Source: Squalus acanthias | Taxonomy: Eukaryota | Direction: 5' to 3' | Length of the DNA: 64,000 bases | NCBI GenBank assembly: GCA_030390025.1 | Contig: CM059438.1 | Coordinates: 60,080,001-60,144,000 of the forward strand | Shown here: one piece after another, positions 49,505 through 61,723 of the stretch | Numbering within the stretch: the first letter of the stretch is position 1 | Layout: every line of letters starts with the position of its first letter | The notes under the pieces: model-generated | Database searches by the model: none | What the model was told of the DNA's origin: nothing | Seen by the model: the letters and a program-made list of their open reading frames with translations, nothing else | Translations under genes and position numbers: made by a program

Positions 49505-50425
49505 AAGAATATAAGAAATAGGAGCAGGAGTAGGCCATTTGGCCCTTCAAGCCTGCTCCGCCATTCAATAAGATCATGGCTGATCATCTACCTCATCTCC
49601 ACTTTCCTGCACTATCCCCATATCCCTTGATTCGCTTAATATTCAAAAATCTATCGATCTCTGTCTTGAATATACTCAAGGACTGAGCCTCCACAGCTTT
49701 CTGGGGTAGAGAATTCCAAAGATTCACCACCCTCTGAGTGAAGGAATTTCTCCTCATCTCAGTCCTAAATGGCCGACCCCTTATTCTGAGACTGTGACCC
49801 CTGGTTTTAGACTCCCTAGCCAGGGAAAACATCCTCCCTGCATCGACCCTGTCAAGTCCTGTAAGAATTTTGTATGTTTCAATGAGATCACCTCTCATTC
49901 TTCTAAACTCTAGAAAATATAGGCCTAGTCTACTCAATCTGTCCTCATAGGACAATCCCCCCATCCCAGGAACCAGTCTGGTGAACCCTCGTTGCACTCC
50001 CTCTATGGCAAGTATATCCTTCCTTGGGTAAGGAGACCAAAACTGTACACAATACTCCAGGTGTGGTCTCAGTAAGATGTCTTTACTCTTATACGCAAAT
50101 ACTCTTGCAATAAAGGCCAACATATCATTTGCTTTCATAATTGCTTGCTGTACCTGCATGCTAACTTTCAGTGATTCGTGTACAAGGACACCCAGGTCCC
50201 TCTGAACACCAACATTTTCCAATCTCTCATCATTTAAAAATTACTCTGCTTTTCTATTTTTTCCTACCAAAGTGGATAACTTCACATTTCTCCACATTAT
50301 ATTCCATTTGCCATGTTCTTGCCCATTCACTTAGCCTGTCTATATCCCCTTGAAGCCTCCTTGCATCCTCCTCACAACTTATATTCCCACCTAGCTTTGT
50401 ATCATCAGCAAATTTGGATATATTG
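49505..50425 (-). mobile_element. CR1 3' portion
   Basis: ORFs 49593-50222 and 50254-50496 (KFADDTKLGG, RPHLEYCVQFWSP, WNSLP) plus tail. Confidence 0.9.
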
Positions 50426-50529
50426 GAATACAAAATTGTGGGGGCAGGAAGGGTGAGGGGAGCCCACAGGCATGATTTTAAACCAGGCCCGGCCACCCCC
50501 TAACCACTGGGTGGGGGGTTCAAATCATG

Positions 50530-51300
50530 ACAATCTGTCCTATCGTGTCCTTACATAATTTTAAACACCTCTCTCAAATCTCCCCGTAATCTTCTCTGTT
50601 CTTAGGAAAACAACTCCAATTGTTCATCTTTCTATGTATTTGTATTTCCTGATACCCGGCAGAACTACTCCCTGTGGTAGTGAGTTCCACATTCTCACCA
50701 CTCTGGGTAAAGAAGTCTCTTCTGAATTCCCTATTTGATTTTTTTAGTGACTATCTTATATTGATGGCCTCTAGTTTTCCTCTTCCCGCACAAGTGGAAA
50801 CACACTATCTGTGCCTACTCTATCCAAGGCTTTCATAATTTTAAACACCGCTCAGACTTCTCTTTTCAAGAGACCTAGCCTCTTCATCCTTTCCTGATAG
50901 GTATAACCTTGCACTTCTGGTATCATGCTTGTAAATCGTTTTTTGCACCCTCTCCAGTGCCTCTCTATCCTTTTTATAATATGGTGACTAGAACTGTACG
51001 CAGTACTCTTAGTCCATTTGGACTCCCAGATCCCTTTGCTCCTCTACCCCATTTAGATTCTTATTTTCCAAGTCACATGTGCCCCCCCTTATTTTTCTCA
51101 CCAAAATGTAATACCTCACACTTATCCATGTTGAAATTCATTTGCCAATTATATGCCCATTCTGCAAGTTTATTAATATCTTGTAATTTGTTGCAGTCTT
51201 TCTCAGTATTGACTATCCCCCCAATTTGGTGTCGTCCACAAATTTAGAAATTGTGTTTTTCATTCCAAAGTCTAAATCGTTATTATAAATTGTGAACAAC
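50530..51300 (-). mobile_element. Older CR1 RT fragments
   Basis: Degenerate FVDDTKLG, MNFNMDKCEV and 3' motifs. Confidence 0.65.
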
Positions 51301-51594
51301 AGGGATGCAGTCAGGAAATCAGTTCAAGGTGATATCAGTGTTGGGGAACTGTCAGGAAATCAGTTCAAATACAGGGATGAATCTTAAGGGAGGGCTGAAG
51401 AAATAACAGAATTTTAGAGATTACAAATGAGAAAGCTGAAAGAAGACAATCTGATCTGGATGGATTGCACACTGGGATAAGAAATATTAGGGTATTGAAG
51501 TCAGTCACATGCTGGCAGCTATTGTTAAGTCACTCTTTGGAAATAAGAATAGTGGCTGAGGATTGAAGAAGGCCAAAGTACTTCCAATTTATAA

Positions 51595-52040
51595 AATAAG
51601 AACTTGCATTTATAAAGCGCCTTTCACCACCTCAGGTCATCCCGAAACGTTTCACAGTCAATTCAGTATTTTTGAACATTAGCCACTGTTGTAATGCCGG
51701 GAAATGCAGCAGCCAATTTGTCCACAGCAAGCAATGTGATAAATGACCAGATAATCCGTTTTTTAGCAGTGTGGGTTGAGAGATAAATATTGGTCAGGAC
51801 ACTAGGAGAACTTCCCTGCTCTTCTTTGAAATAGTGCCATGGGATCTTCTACATCCAGCTGAGAGGGCAGACGGAGCCTCGGTTTAATGTCTCGTCCGAA
51901 AGACGGCATCTCCGACAGTGCCGCACTCCCTCAGTACTGTACTGGGAGTGTCAGCCTAGGTTATTATGGGCTCAAGTCTGAAGTGGGGATTGAACACATG
52001 ACGTTCTAACTCAAACAGGAATGCTCCCAACTGAGCCACG
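51595..52040 (-). mobile_element. SacSINE1-like Deu-domain SINE, near full length
   Basis: tRNA head (tggctcagttgg...gttcaatccc), shared body and L2-like tail. Confidence 0.8.
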
Positions 52041-52829
52041 GGATAAAGGTGAAGGGAACTGAGGGGTAGTGAGCATGACCATCTGTAGTAGGAAAACACT
52101 AGAGGGCATCCTGAAATGGGAAGCATCTGGAGAAATCAGGATGAATCAGAGGAAAGTGTTGAATATTCTAAAGGGTAAAGGTCAACTGAATTGTCGGGCA
52201 CAGCCACAGACTCTGACCAGAGGCAAGGATTCAGACTAAGGAAGGGTGGGTGATCGGACAGCTCAGACTTGCTGGTATGGAAGGTAAATGCCAGCACGGA
52301 CTGGTCAGGCCAAATGGCCTCTTTCCATCTTGTAATTTCTGTGTATATCTACGTACTTAACAGCTTCAGACAGAGTGAATGTGGGGAACAGGCTGCCCAG
52401 GGAGACAGCGCAGGCAAACTGCTGCTTCCTTATTTGTAATCTCTAAACTTCTGTCTATTTATTACCTCATCCCGCCCGACTGTCCTGGGAAGGGGAGACA
52501 CTGATTCCTCTGAACACTGACACACGCAAGTCACTTTCCATAGTTTTTTGGCGACCCTGGGGAATTGCAGGTGTGAGGCATTTAGAATTTGGGATTGGCC
52601 AAATGGACTGGACATTGTCACGTTTCTCCATTCAGGAAATGAACAAACTCAGCACATTATTGTAAATGTCTAACATTGCAGTAAATGCTGCACTAGTCCA
52701 ACGAGTAAGGATGGTGGAGCTGTGTAAACAGCACCAAATACTGTCTGGCTGCGTTATAGCAATGTGAACTCTAGGGGGTGCCTGAAACCACCGTCAGAAT
52801 TAATCACAGAAGGAATTGAGAAACACCAA

Positions 52830-53450
52830 CTCTTTCATGCATTTGTTTTTATTCATTTTTTATATGCTTTGCAGAACAAGCTGAGTTTGTGTTAAGCGTA
52901 CAGGCACTAGCAGCAAGGGAGGGGCTGTGAGGCACTGATTCCATCAGTGATATGAGTTTAATTAACGACACTCTGAAATATTACAGCATCAGTACGTCAT
53001 CAGTCACTGGTTCAAACGGTGCCCCTGTTTAAACTAAAGTCTAATTGGGGCCAGTTATTATTGGATCGAACCAGCAGTATTCTCCAGGGCTCCGACCAGT
53101 GCCCACTATGAACGTGTTACACTGATTTGTTTGATGTTTTCAGGCACTTGTTGGATTGCCTGAGCTGTAATTTAAAGTGTTAGTTGCTGTTTCCATTTGT
53201 AATCAGTGGGTTTTGTGCCATTTTCACATGTTTGTACTTTCAGAGTGAGCTGATGGAATTCAGAGACTCAGAGTCACACTGACCCTCACAAGCAAATATT
53301 CCGAAATCAGCAGCAGTGATTTCAGCTCATTAAATTATAATCAGCAATTTCTTCATTTCAGCACATGGAGGCGAATAGCCAGAGTTGTAGTTCGATGTCC
53401 ATCCTTCATTTAAATGGTCCTTCGCTCCATGGAGGATGAGATCAATCAAC
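52830..53450 (-). other. Putative terminal 3'UTR exon (exon 6) of the secreted cationic-peptide gene
   Basis: Acceptor tttatgttctatctgctgcag ending at 53451; non-repetitive sequence; AATAAA on the minus strand at 52853-52848. Exon 5 ends in a gtaagt donor, so a downstream exon is required. Confidence 0.6.
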
Positions 53451-53694
53451 CTGCAGCAGATAGAACATAAACTAGTCATTCTTCTCATTGAATTCCCTTG
53501 TTCAGTATTACACCTACACCCGGTAACCACAGGCCAGTCAGCCGAACGTTGGAGGTGGGGAAATTCTGGACAACCCAATCCAGGACAAAATGAATTGTCA
53601 CTTGGAAAAACATGGGTTCATAAATGACAGGCATCATGGATTTGTGAAAGGCAAATCGTGTCTGACAAACTTGATTGAGTTATTTGATGAAACC

Positions 53695-54500
53695 TGTCCT
53701 CATAATTTAGCCCAGGTATCGTTCTGGTGAGTCTGCGCTGCATCCCCTCCAAGGCCAATATATCCTTCCTGAGGGGCCGTGCCCTGAACTGAATGCAGTG
53801 TCCAGATAGGGTCTGACCAGAGATTTATGGAACTGGAACATAACTTCCACCCCTTTGTATTCCAGCCCTCTTGAGATAAAGGCCAACATTCCATTAACTT
53901 TTTAATCATTTTTTTGTACCTGTCCACCAGCTTTTAGTGATTTCTGTACCTGGACCCCTAAATCTCTCTGCTCCTCCATAGTTCCTAACTTCACACCATT
54001 TAGAAAATAATCTGATCTATCTTTCTGAGGTCCAAAGTGGATGACCTCACATTTCCCCACATTGAACTCCATCTGCCACAGTTTTGTCCATACACTTAAT
54101 CTATCAATGTCCCTTTGCATCTTTCTGCTCCCAGTTACACTACTTAACATGCCTCCTAACTTGGTGTCGTTGGCAAACTTGGATATACGGCTCTCTCCCG
54201 AATATATCCAGAACGTCTCATCGTAATTATCCTTCACCTGCAACACACAGGCTCTCCACCTGGATCTCAGGGTTAAATCACTGGCGGCCCCTTATACAAG
54301 GCAGCACCATGCACATTCTGGCTGCTTTACTCATTAACTGGCCTCTAGTTACCTGGTTTATCTCTTGACCCTTTTTAGAACAGGGTTGTAACATTTGCAA
54401 TCCTCCAGTCCTCTGGCACCACCCCAGATCCAAGGAGGATTGAAAGATCGTGGCCAAAGCCTCTGCTATTTCCACCCTTACATCCCTCAGCAACTGAGAA
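53695..54500 (-). mobile_element. CR1 RT fragments
   Basis: KFANDTKLGG, WQMEFNVGKCEVIHFG, LAFISRGLEYK. Confidence 0.75.
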
Positions 54501-54579
54501 TTCACAACACAGATCAGCTCAGAGACAAGAGAGCCGGGAATGACTTCTACTTACCCAGGCCTCACTTCGTAGTGTTAGC

Positions 54580-54749
54580 TCATTGCTCAGCCTCTTCCTC
54601 AGCCGGAGCCTCTTCCGCAGCCGGAGCCTCTTCCTCAGCCGGAGCCTCTTCCTCAGCCGGAGCCTCTTCCTCAGCCGGAGCCTCTTCCTCAGCTGGAGCC
54701 TCTTCCTGAACCGGAGCTTTTGGCTTCCGGAATTTTTTCGCAAACTTTT
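54580..54749 (-). CDS. Secreted cationic-peptide precursor, exon 5: KKFAKKFRKPKAPVQEE(APAEEE)4APAAEEAPAEEEAEQ*
   Basis: Acceptor tcctctttcag; phase 1 matches exon 4; in-frame 18-bp tandem repeat; TGA at 54582-54580; gtaagt donor at 54554. Confidence 0.82.
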
Positions 54750-55649
54750 CTGAAAGAGGATACAGAATTAAATCTTTCTGGCATTTTCATTTTGGAGTTT
54801 TTGGTCCAAGTTGCAGCTTCTTTAATGAATGATTCACTCCCTGCTTTTCTTAAAACACCTCCAGTTAGTCTGGGCTAGCTTACGCACTGTTGTCGTACAG
54901 AACTGTGTCCTGATGTGGCACTAAATTCTCTTTCAGAGATAACTAATGTGGGAAATGAAAATGACACACCGATGCAGTGAGCCATTATAAGGTTAGGGCT
55001 TGGCTACATTAGTGGGGCTGAGAACTGAGTGCTTCACTCTGCAGTGTGATATATTTGACCAGAGGGCTGTTCTCTGCAGGTAACAATGCTTTAAGTTACT
55101 CTAACCTAACAGACAAAAAGCACTGACCCGTCAGACTGGGTCAGTTTCCTTGGGATCCAAGGATCCTGAAGGGAAACTAGGGAGGAAATATCACAGGTCC
55201 CACTATAATTTTCCAAATCTTGTGAAAAGTAAAATTGTGCTAGGGGACTGGTGGGAAATATAATTCTCCTCTTCGAACAAGGAGGCAGGGACAAGCCAGG
55301 AATTTATACTCTCGCTTCAATTGTTGGTAAACCACTAGACTGTATAATAGCAGAAGGAATTACTAATGCAACCACTTGGGGAGAGATGATTGGAGGGCAG
55401 AAAGGAAGTTAGTGGGAATGGAAAGGTACGGTGAGCGATGTTTCCCGATGTCTTTGTGAGCCGCCATCTTATTCACTGTGTCCATTAATGATCTGGACTG
55501 AGGAATTGAGGAATCAATATCGAGATTTGTCAATGAACCCCAATTAGGGAATGTGGCCCATTCTGACACAGAGCTTGTAAGACACTGATTGGTCGCAGGA
55601 TGGGCAGATGAAGTTCAATGTCGCGAAGTACACGAAATACATTTGGAAG

Positions 55650-56169
55650 TGTTGGAGAAGAAAATTATTAAAGAAATGTCGGAGAAGAAAAACTCATCCA
55701 GTTAATGAACTTTAAATTCGCTGACACAGGACTTTAACATGCTGCAATGGGTTGGCAGTCTGCCTTGTCAGACAACGTTACAACATACAGGGCTCGAGAT
55801 AACACTGTCACTTAGACGAGGCTGATCACATCAACTGTACCCTGACGTTAATTGAATTTATTTGCCATGCTTAACAATTGTATACATAAAATTGATTGGA
55901 TTCTAGTAACTATCACGCGCTCATGTGAGCACGATGTGATCAATGATGGATGTATAAAATACTGTGCCCCGGAGTGACTTATCTGAGAGGCCGGTGACTG
56001 CTCGCGGGTGCATCACTGCTCTCCCAGAGCGCTCTGAATAAAGTGTACTCCCGCATTTAACCGTGTAAATTGGTGTTTGAGTTTTATTGCTCAGTCGGGC
56101 TAAGTCGGGTAACGCGTCGACTCTCCTTCACGGTTGGTTCGCTTAAGGCTCCGATTAGCCCCGACAACA
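55650..56169 (+). mobile_element. Solo LTR, 520 bp (ERV- or Gypsy-derived)
   Basis: tgttg...caaca termini; 4-bp TSD gaag (55646-55649 and 56170-56173); TATAAAA at about 55953; AATAAA at about 56037. Splits an old CR1 IHFGR motif. Confidence 0.82.
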
Positions 56170-56221
56170 GAAGTAAGAGTAGGGAAAATGCAAAAACATA
56201 AATTGGAACAAGAAAGAAAAA

Positions 56222-56577
56222 AAAGAAAGGCTTGCATTTATAGAGCGCCTTTCACGATCTTCGGATGTCCCAAAGCGGTTTACAGCCAATAAAGCACTTT
56301 TGAAATGTAATGTAGGAAATGCAGCAGCCAATTTGTGCAAAGCCAGGACTCTGGGGACAACTCCCCTGCTCTTCTTCAAATAGTGCCATGGGATATTTTA
56401 CATCCACCTGCGAGGGCAGACGGGGCCTCAATTTAATGTCTCATCCAAAAGATGGCACCTTCCACAGTGCAGCATTGGAGAGTCAGCCGAGATTTTGCTC
56501 TCAAGTCTCTGGAGTAGAACCGGTACCCACAATGTTCTGACCCAGAGGTGAGTGCCACCACTGAGCCACAGCTGACA
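56222..56577 (-). mobile_element. SacSINE1-like SINE with an internal deletion
   Basis: Head, body and tail shared with the other copies. Confidence 0.78.
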
Positions 56578-56859
56578 CATCGAGTAACTTAGTGAATCTG
56601 TGTGTGATGAGGGCTCAGTCATCCCTGCTCCTTTTAGCAGCACCAGAATTTTAAACTTTTCAAAAAAGGAACAGAAATTTCTATCAGGTAATAATTTGAC
56701 AGCTGTGTTTAAGCTCGGCAGTCTGCTTCTCTGATTCACGGCACAGCACAGTTCCGAGTCACGAGGAGCTACAAAATCAAGCCTCACTTCGCAGTGTCTG
56801 TCTCCTCAGATGGATACTGTTCCACCTCGGGATCAGGGCCCAATGGCCTACTCCTGCTC

Positions 56860-56918
56860 CTATTTCTTATGTTCAATTGCTGGATACTTTGGCCTCTGGA
56901 ATTTCTTCCCAAATTTTT
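56860..56918 (-). CDS. Duplicated paralog of exon 5 (alternative exon or pseudo-exon): KKFGKKFQRPKYPAIEHKK*
   Basis: 56880-57085 aligns with 54710-54920, including intron sequence. Intact acceptor ctctcctattttag; the stop comes from an inserted CR1 tail fragment. Confidence 0.5.
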
Positions 56919-58511
56919 CTAAAATAGGAGAGAGAATGACACCTTTCTGGCATTTTCTCTTCTGGGTTTTTGTTCCAAGTTGCAGCTTCTTTCATGAATG
57001 ATTCATGCCCTGCATTTCTTCAACCACCGCCAATTAGTCTGGCCCAGCTTCTGCACTGCCGTAGCACCGAACTGTGCCCCAGTGTGGAGAATAGTGCACA
57101 GTCTTGGACACTATTATAGGAAGGACACAGAAGCAATGGGAAAGGTGCAGTGTGGATTCACTGGGATGTTACCAGGGATGAGGGCCCACAGTTATGCAGA
57201 GAAACTTGAGACGGTGGGGCTTTTCTTCACCGGATCTGAGAAAGGTGACCTGATAGAGGTCTTTAAGATTGTGGAAGGTTCTGAGCAGGTAAATCGTGAG
57301 AGATTGTTTCCACTGTCCCCAACATGATAGTTAGAGGGCCTAAAATTCCAATAATCACAGAAAGAATTAAAGGAGAGGGTGAAACAAATTATTTTCACAG
57401 AGGCTGATTGGAATCTGGAATTCTCGGCCACAAACCAGTGTTGAAGCAAATCCGTCGATTCTTTTAAAAGGGAATTAGATAGTTGCTTGAAAAAGAGGAA
57501 TATTAAAGGGAATAGGCCGAGTTGGATCAGGCAGTGGCTCACCTGGAGAGACACACTACAACAGACAGGGTGGGACAAGGCCACGGAGGGACTTAGAGGG
57601 AAGGACGAGGCTTTTGAATTGAATTGTGACTCATCCAGGACTGACGACCAACTGTATTCTCCACCCTCCTTGCACCACTGATGGGCTTTGTGTTGTCTGA
57701 CAAGCATCCCGACAACACAAAGTCAATTGGGGAGTTGAGAGAAATGGTGAAGAGGTAGAACTGGATGTCATCAGCATACCATGGAAAGATGATTCTGTGT
57801 CTCCACATGATGTTACCGAGGGGCAGCATACAATTACATGTGTGTATACACGTACTTATAAGAACAAACAAGTACATACAGGCACATATACTTACCCATA
57901 AATACAGACAGGTACAGGTACTTCTAAGTATATACAAATACATACAACTACACATCGGTACTTCAAGGTACATCGAGATAAATACGGGTACATACAATAT
58001 ATGAAATGAGTATTCTACCAACTAGGACTGGGCTATAAATGTGTCCTTTACCACATCACCCACATCCCAAGAACAGATAATCTAAAAGAACAGTTTTCCT
58101 GTCAGACATTAACTGCCATGGAACTCCATTCCAATGAGGAAATATCAATGATTTCCCTGGGAAATAAGTCGCATTTATGATTACAGAGAGTGAGGGCGGA
58201 GCCAGTGTTAACCCACGGTGTGGACTGTAGGATTATTGCACAATTACTGAGTAATGGGACACACCGACATCCACATACATCCCACACAGTAAAATGTGTC
58301 TCCGTCGAGACCCTGCCAGCCTCCCGCCCACTGGACTCGTTTCTCAAACACCCCCCGGGCACCAGCCCTCAGACTGGGTCACTTTCCTTGGCATCCAAGT
58401 GGGTTCCAGAAATATCCGATCCTGTTATGATGTCAATCTCTACTCTAACCAAGTCCCTCCTTCAATCCTTTCATTATTGTATTGTGTCATTCATTAAAAG
58501 GAAATACTTAC

Positions 58512-58628
58512 TCTTAGCTTTTTTGGAAGATTTCCGTGCAGATTTTCCTTTACGGGAACGTCGTGATTTACGGGAACGTCGTGATTTACGGGAACGTCGT
58601 TTCTGGATGTGCTCACCGCTTGCTGACT
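58512..58628 (-). CDS. Secreted cationic-peptide precursor, exon 4: ESASGEHIQKRRSRKSRRSRKSRRSRKGKSARKSSKKAK
   Basis: Acceptor ctgtttctttag, donor gtaagt, 117 bp, phase 1-1; 18-bp repeat x3 encoding RRSRKS. Confidence 0.85.
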
Positions 58629-58989
58629 CTAAAGAAACAGGATGAGACACGGTGCTGGTTAGTATTCAGGATCCTCTGTGTTTGGTAAAGTTTGCTAGTT
58701 ATCACTGAGCACTGGGTGATTTTCATGTTGACAAATGTATATGACAGTCTTCAGTGCTTCAGTGCCAACATCAAATATATTCCCAATAAAAATCCTGTCA
58801 AATCTCATTTCTTCATGTTTTATTCTGCAGTTTGCACAGAGCGACACAAAATAGCACAGCCTCTCTGGGAATACGAGCAGTGTGGCCCCTTTAATGGGAC
58901 CCACTCCCTCCTGACCTAGATAACCTCCTTATTCTGACCGGGCTGAGATCAGCTCACTCTGCGCAGACCAAGGATCAAACCTGGACCAG

Positions 58990-59550
58990 GAGTGGGCCAT
59001 TCAGCCCCTCCGCCATTCAATGAGATCATGGCTGCTCTGTACCTCAGCGCCATTTCCCCACCTTAGCCCAACATCCCTTGATACCCTTACCCAACAAACA
59101 GCTGTCGATCTCAGTCTTGAAAGCTCCAATTGACCCCCAGCATCCACAGCCTTTTGTGGGAGAGAGTTCCAGATTTCCACTACCCGTCATGTGAAAAAGT
59201 GCTTCCTGATTTCACTCCTGAACGGCCGAGCTCTAATTTTAAGATTGTGTTCCCTCGTTCTTGACTCCCCCATCAGAGGAAATAGTTTCTGTGTCTACCC
59301 TATCAAATCATTTTAACATTTCAAACACCTTGATCAGATCACCCCTCAATCATCTAAACTCAAGGGAATACAAGCCAAGTTTATGCAAGCTGTCCTCATA
59401 ATTTAACCCTCTAAGCCCGGTATCATTCTGGTGAATCTGCGCTGCACCCCTTTCAAGGTCAATATATTCTTCCTGAGGTGCGGTGCCCAGAACAGAACAG
59501 ACTGCTCCAGATGGGGTCTGACCAAGGCTCTGTACACCTGAAGCATCACT
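58990..59550 (-). mobile_element. CR1 3' fragment
   Basis: GLNYEDSLHKLGLYSLEFR plus CR1 tail. Confidence 0.8.
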
Positions 59551-59627
59551 TCCTGCTCTGTGTCTCAGCAGCAAAGGACCTTTATTGTGGAGCGACAGAC
59601 TGACTTGTTAATGTTCCTGACACTTAC

Positions 59628-59693
59628 CGAGGTCTCGATTCTGTGGGTCGCGAACCTCAGACTCAGAATCAGCCAATTCACGCAGCGCCTCTT
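59628..59693 (-). CDS. Secreted cationic-peptide precursor, exon 3: EEALRELADSESEVRDPQNRDL
   Basis: Acceptor tttctattcatttcag, donor gtaagt, 66 bp, phase 1-1; paralogous to exon 2. Confidence 0.82.
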
Positions 59694-60150
59694 CTGAAAT
59701 GAATAGAAAGTGTTGTATTTTAACACGGCTACCAGTATAGATTATCTCCTCACATTATCAGTTATCTCCACGATTACTCCAATATTCAAAGCAGCTGGCT
59801 GGAGATGTTTGCTGTCTCCTCATAGAATTACACAGAATGTACAGCACAGAAACAGGCCATTCGGCCCAACTGGTCTGTGTCGGTGTTTATGGTCCACTCC
59901 AGTCTCCTCCCACCCTACTTCATCTCACTCTATCAGCATCTCCTTCTATTCCTTTCTCCCACAGGTACTTATCTAGCTTCCCCTTAAATGCATCTCTGCT
60001 ATTCGCCTCAACTACTCCTTGTGGTCGTGAGTTCCACATTCTCACCACTCTCTGGGTAAAGAAGTTCCTCCTGAATTCCCTATTGGATTTATTAGTGACT
60101 ATCTTATATTCATAAACCCTAGTTTGGACTCCACCAGAAGTGGAGATAGT

Positions 60151-60855
60151 GGGCTGGATTTTGTCTTGGGGTCGTGTCATCCGCATTTCGTGTTCCCCCC
60201 GACTCCAGATTAACGTGGATGAATGATGCAATTTTCACTTAATTGGGCAATTGAGTTCCAGCATGTGGAAACCCATGAACCAATTAGTGGTTTCAGTCTG
60301 AAAGTCGCCTCTGATGATGTCATCATTGCTGCTGCATTGCAGGTCAGAGACTGACTGCCTGGTTTCAGAGACTGCCTGGCTGTTGGTGAGAGAGGACTTG
60401 CCTGGCTTTTGCAGTGAGAGAGAGAGAGAATTTTGCATCCAAGTCCTCTCACAGCAAAGGCCATGCAGTCTCTGATTCAATGCAGCAGCATCAGAGGCGA
60501 CTTTCAAACCGAATACTACTACCTTCATCACATCTCCGTTGTAATAGTGGACCTGCAGCCGATAGTCAACTATCTACTTGTGCTCCCGCCAGGTTTCACG
60601 AGTGTTTCACATCAGGCGTACTTCACGTCGGAAAAGGGTTAAACTAGCTAAAACGTTTCAAAATGGCATTACAGAGCCAATTTAGGGCTTGTTAAGGGCT
60701 TTAATGGCCTCTCCTGCCTCTTGGAGGCGGGAACCCCGCGACTGATTTTGTCAAAATTGCGTGGAGTTGGGATGGGGTCGGGACCCCCGACCCCGCAAAT
60801 TCAACCCCCCACACGCCTCCAAACCCGACTCCACGGGTCATTCAAAATCCAGCCC
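60151..60855. mobile_element. Harbinger/Tourist-type MITE, copy 2 (opposite orientation to 34901-35628), inside a CR1 3' fragment (59820-60940)
   Basis: TIR gggctggatttt/aaaatccagccc; TSD agt (60148-60150 and 60856-60858). Confidence 0.9.
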
Positions 60856-61669
60856 AGTGTCTCAACATCTACGCTATCAAACCTCTTAATAATGTTAAAG
60901 ATCTCTAATAGGTCCCCCCTCAGCCTTCTCTTTTCTATTTTCACTAATTCACTTTCCACTCCAACCCCCACAACAGATACTCCAAGATACACTACTGCCT
61001 CCTGAAGCAATCCCACCTATCCCAAATCACACACTGTGAAATAGGGTAAAGAGTGGGAAGAGATGTGTGCTGCTCCTCCTCAGTTACTTTTTATTCCTGT
61101 TTTACTCGGGCCGTGTGTCAGAGTAGGTTCCTGACAATAGAAACCCTGGAAACCTACATTTCTCAGCCCATTGCACACAGTGGATGGAGAGGCTGCCCCT
61201 GGACTCACTCACACTTCAGTCTGTTTCCCCTCCTTTCGTTCCCCATCAGTGTCATTTCAGGGTGACTGTGGGCCTTGTGTTTTCCTCTCCAATGTTTCTC
61301 CATTCCTGCCCACTCATTAAGATGCTGACCCATTCACTGGGATAGGCTCCATGGCCATGGTCACCCTGGAGGTTGCGGGAGCCTCGACAGGAAGTGTTGG
61401 CAGGCTATGTGACTGAGGAGGGAGTCCCAGCCCAGGATTCTGCCCTCAGACACTGACCCTCAACAGAGAAGGTTCACAGCGATCGAGAGTGGCATTCATG
61501 GCCAATCTCCCCTTTTCTAACCCAGGGCACTGCTCCCGATTGTGATGTCCCTGAGATCCTCTCGCTCAGCGCAGAGCCGGGAGTGGGGGGGGGGGTGGGG
61601 GCGGGTGCGGGTGGGACCTGGTCTGCAGGCAGAGAAATGCATGGACATGTTGACAGTACTAACACTTAC

Positions 61670-61723
61670 CCAGCTCTCGCATCTGTGCCTCATTTACGTC
61701 AGACTCCCCACGCAGTGCCTCTT
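61670..61723 (-). CDS. Secreted cationic-peptide precursor, exon 2: EEALRGESDVNEAQMREL
   Basis: Acceptor ttctatttattccag, donor gtaagt, 54 bp, phase 1-1. Confidence 0.82.

Noticed and set aside
51960..52040. tRNA genes at SINE heads (also about 16560-16618, 36060-36125, 40410-40476, 56510-56577)
   Set aside because: A/B boxes are present, but the cloverleaf is degenerate and each is attached to a SINE body.
53330..53450. Coding reading of the last exon (LIDLILHGAKDH...)
   Set aside because: It would need a phase-2 junction, and the upstream exon already stops 25 nt before its donor. Treated as 3'UTR.
54519..54743. ORF-track protamine-like (RKRLRL)n and plus-strand (ASSSAG)n proteins
   Set aside because: These are alternative frames of the 18-bp repeat. 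Splice phase from exon 4 selects the APAEEE frame.
58548..58602. CRISPR-like arrays at the short tandem repeats
   Set aside because: No unique spacers, eukaryotic context, and the repeats are in-frame coding sequence.
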